From Octopus vulgaris (taxonomy: Eukaryota), in contig OX597831.1 of NCBI GenBank assembly GCA_951406725.2, forward strand, positions 6,200,001-6,264,000: a stretch of 64,000 nt of DNA. The letters are read 5' to 3'. Positions 63,990 through 64,000 of the stretch are shown here, in pieces. Under the pieces are notes generated by a model. That model searched no databases. It saw nothing but the letters and a program-made list of their open reading frames with translations, and had not been told where the DNA came from. Within the stretch, counting starts at the first letter, position 1; the number at the start of each line of letters is the position of its first letter. The position numbers and the translations under genes were made by a program.

Positions 63990-64000
63990 ATAAAAAGTAG

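Overview
AT-rich, repeat-dense eukaryotic DNA. The SINE families and microsatellite load suggest a cephalopod (octopus-like) genome; this is inference from recalled repeat families, not a database result. Genes: (1) the 3' end of a + strand gene ending in a 6-Cys putative chitin-binding module (1-288); (2) a - strand 383-aa type II membrane or secreted, Lys-rich protein with 40/42-aa tandem repeats, truncated by a 1-nt deletion (21593-22744); (3) a complete 7-exon - strand METTL24-like (FkbM/Methyltransf_22) gene that I assembled by hand (57119 to 35378, 323 aa, all introns GT-AG and in phase), with substitutions in the SAM-binding motifs. The rest is decayed mobile DNA: Helitron, RTE and CR1 LINE remnants, two Penelope-like (PLE) RT/GIY-YIG remnants, an IR/DR-type Tc1 element, piggyBac-type and GG-ended MITEs, a solo LTR, a non-autonomous LTR element and four SINE families. 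The most striking non-coding signal is a set of type I hammerhead ribozyme motifs, several of them inside (TA)n-associated fold-back inverted repeats that look like PLE terminal-repeat remnants. One fold-back is fused to a near-perfect copy of part of METTL24-like exon 2, creating a potential poison exon. Repeat boundaries are approximate unless a TSD or TIR is given.
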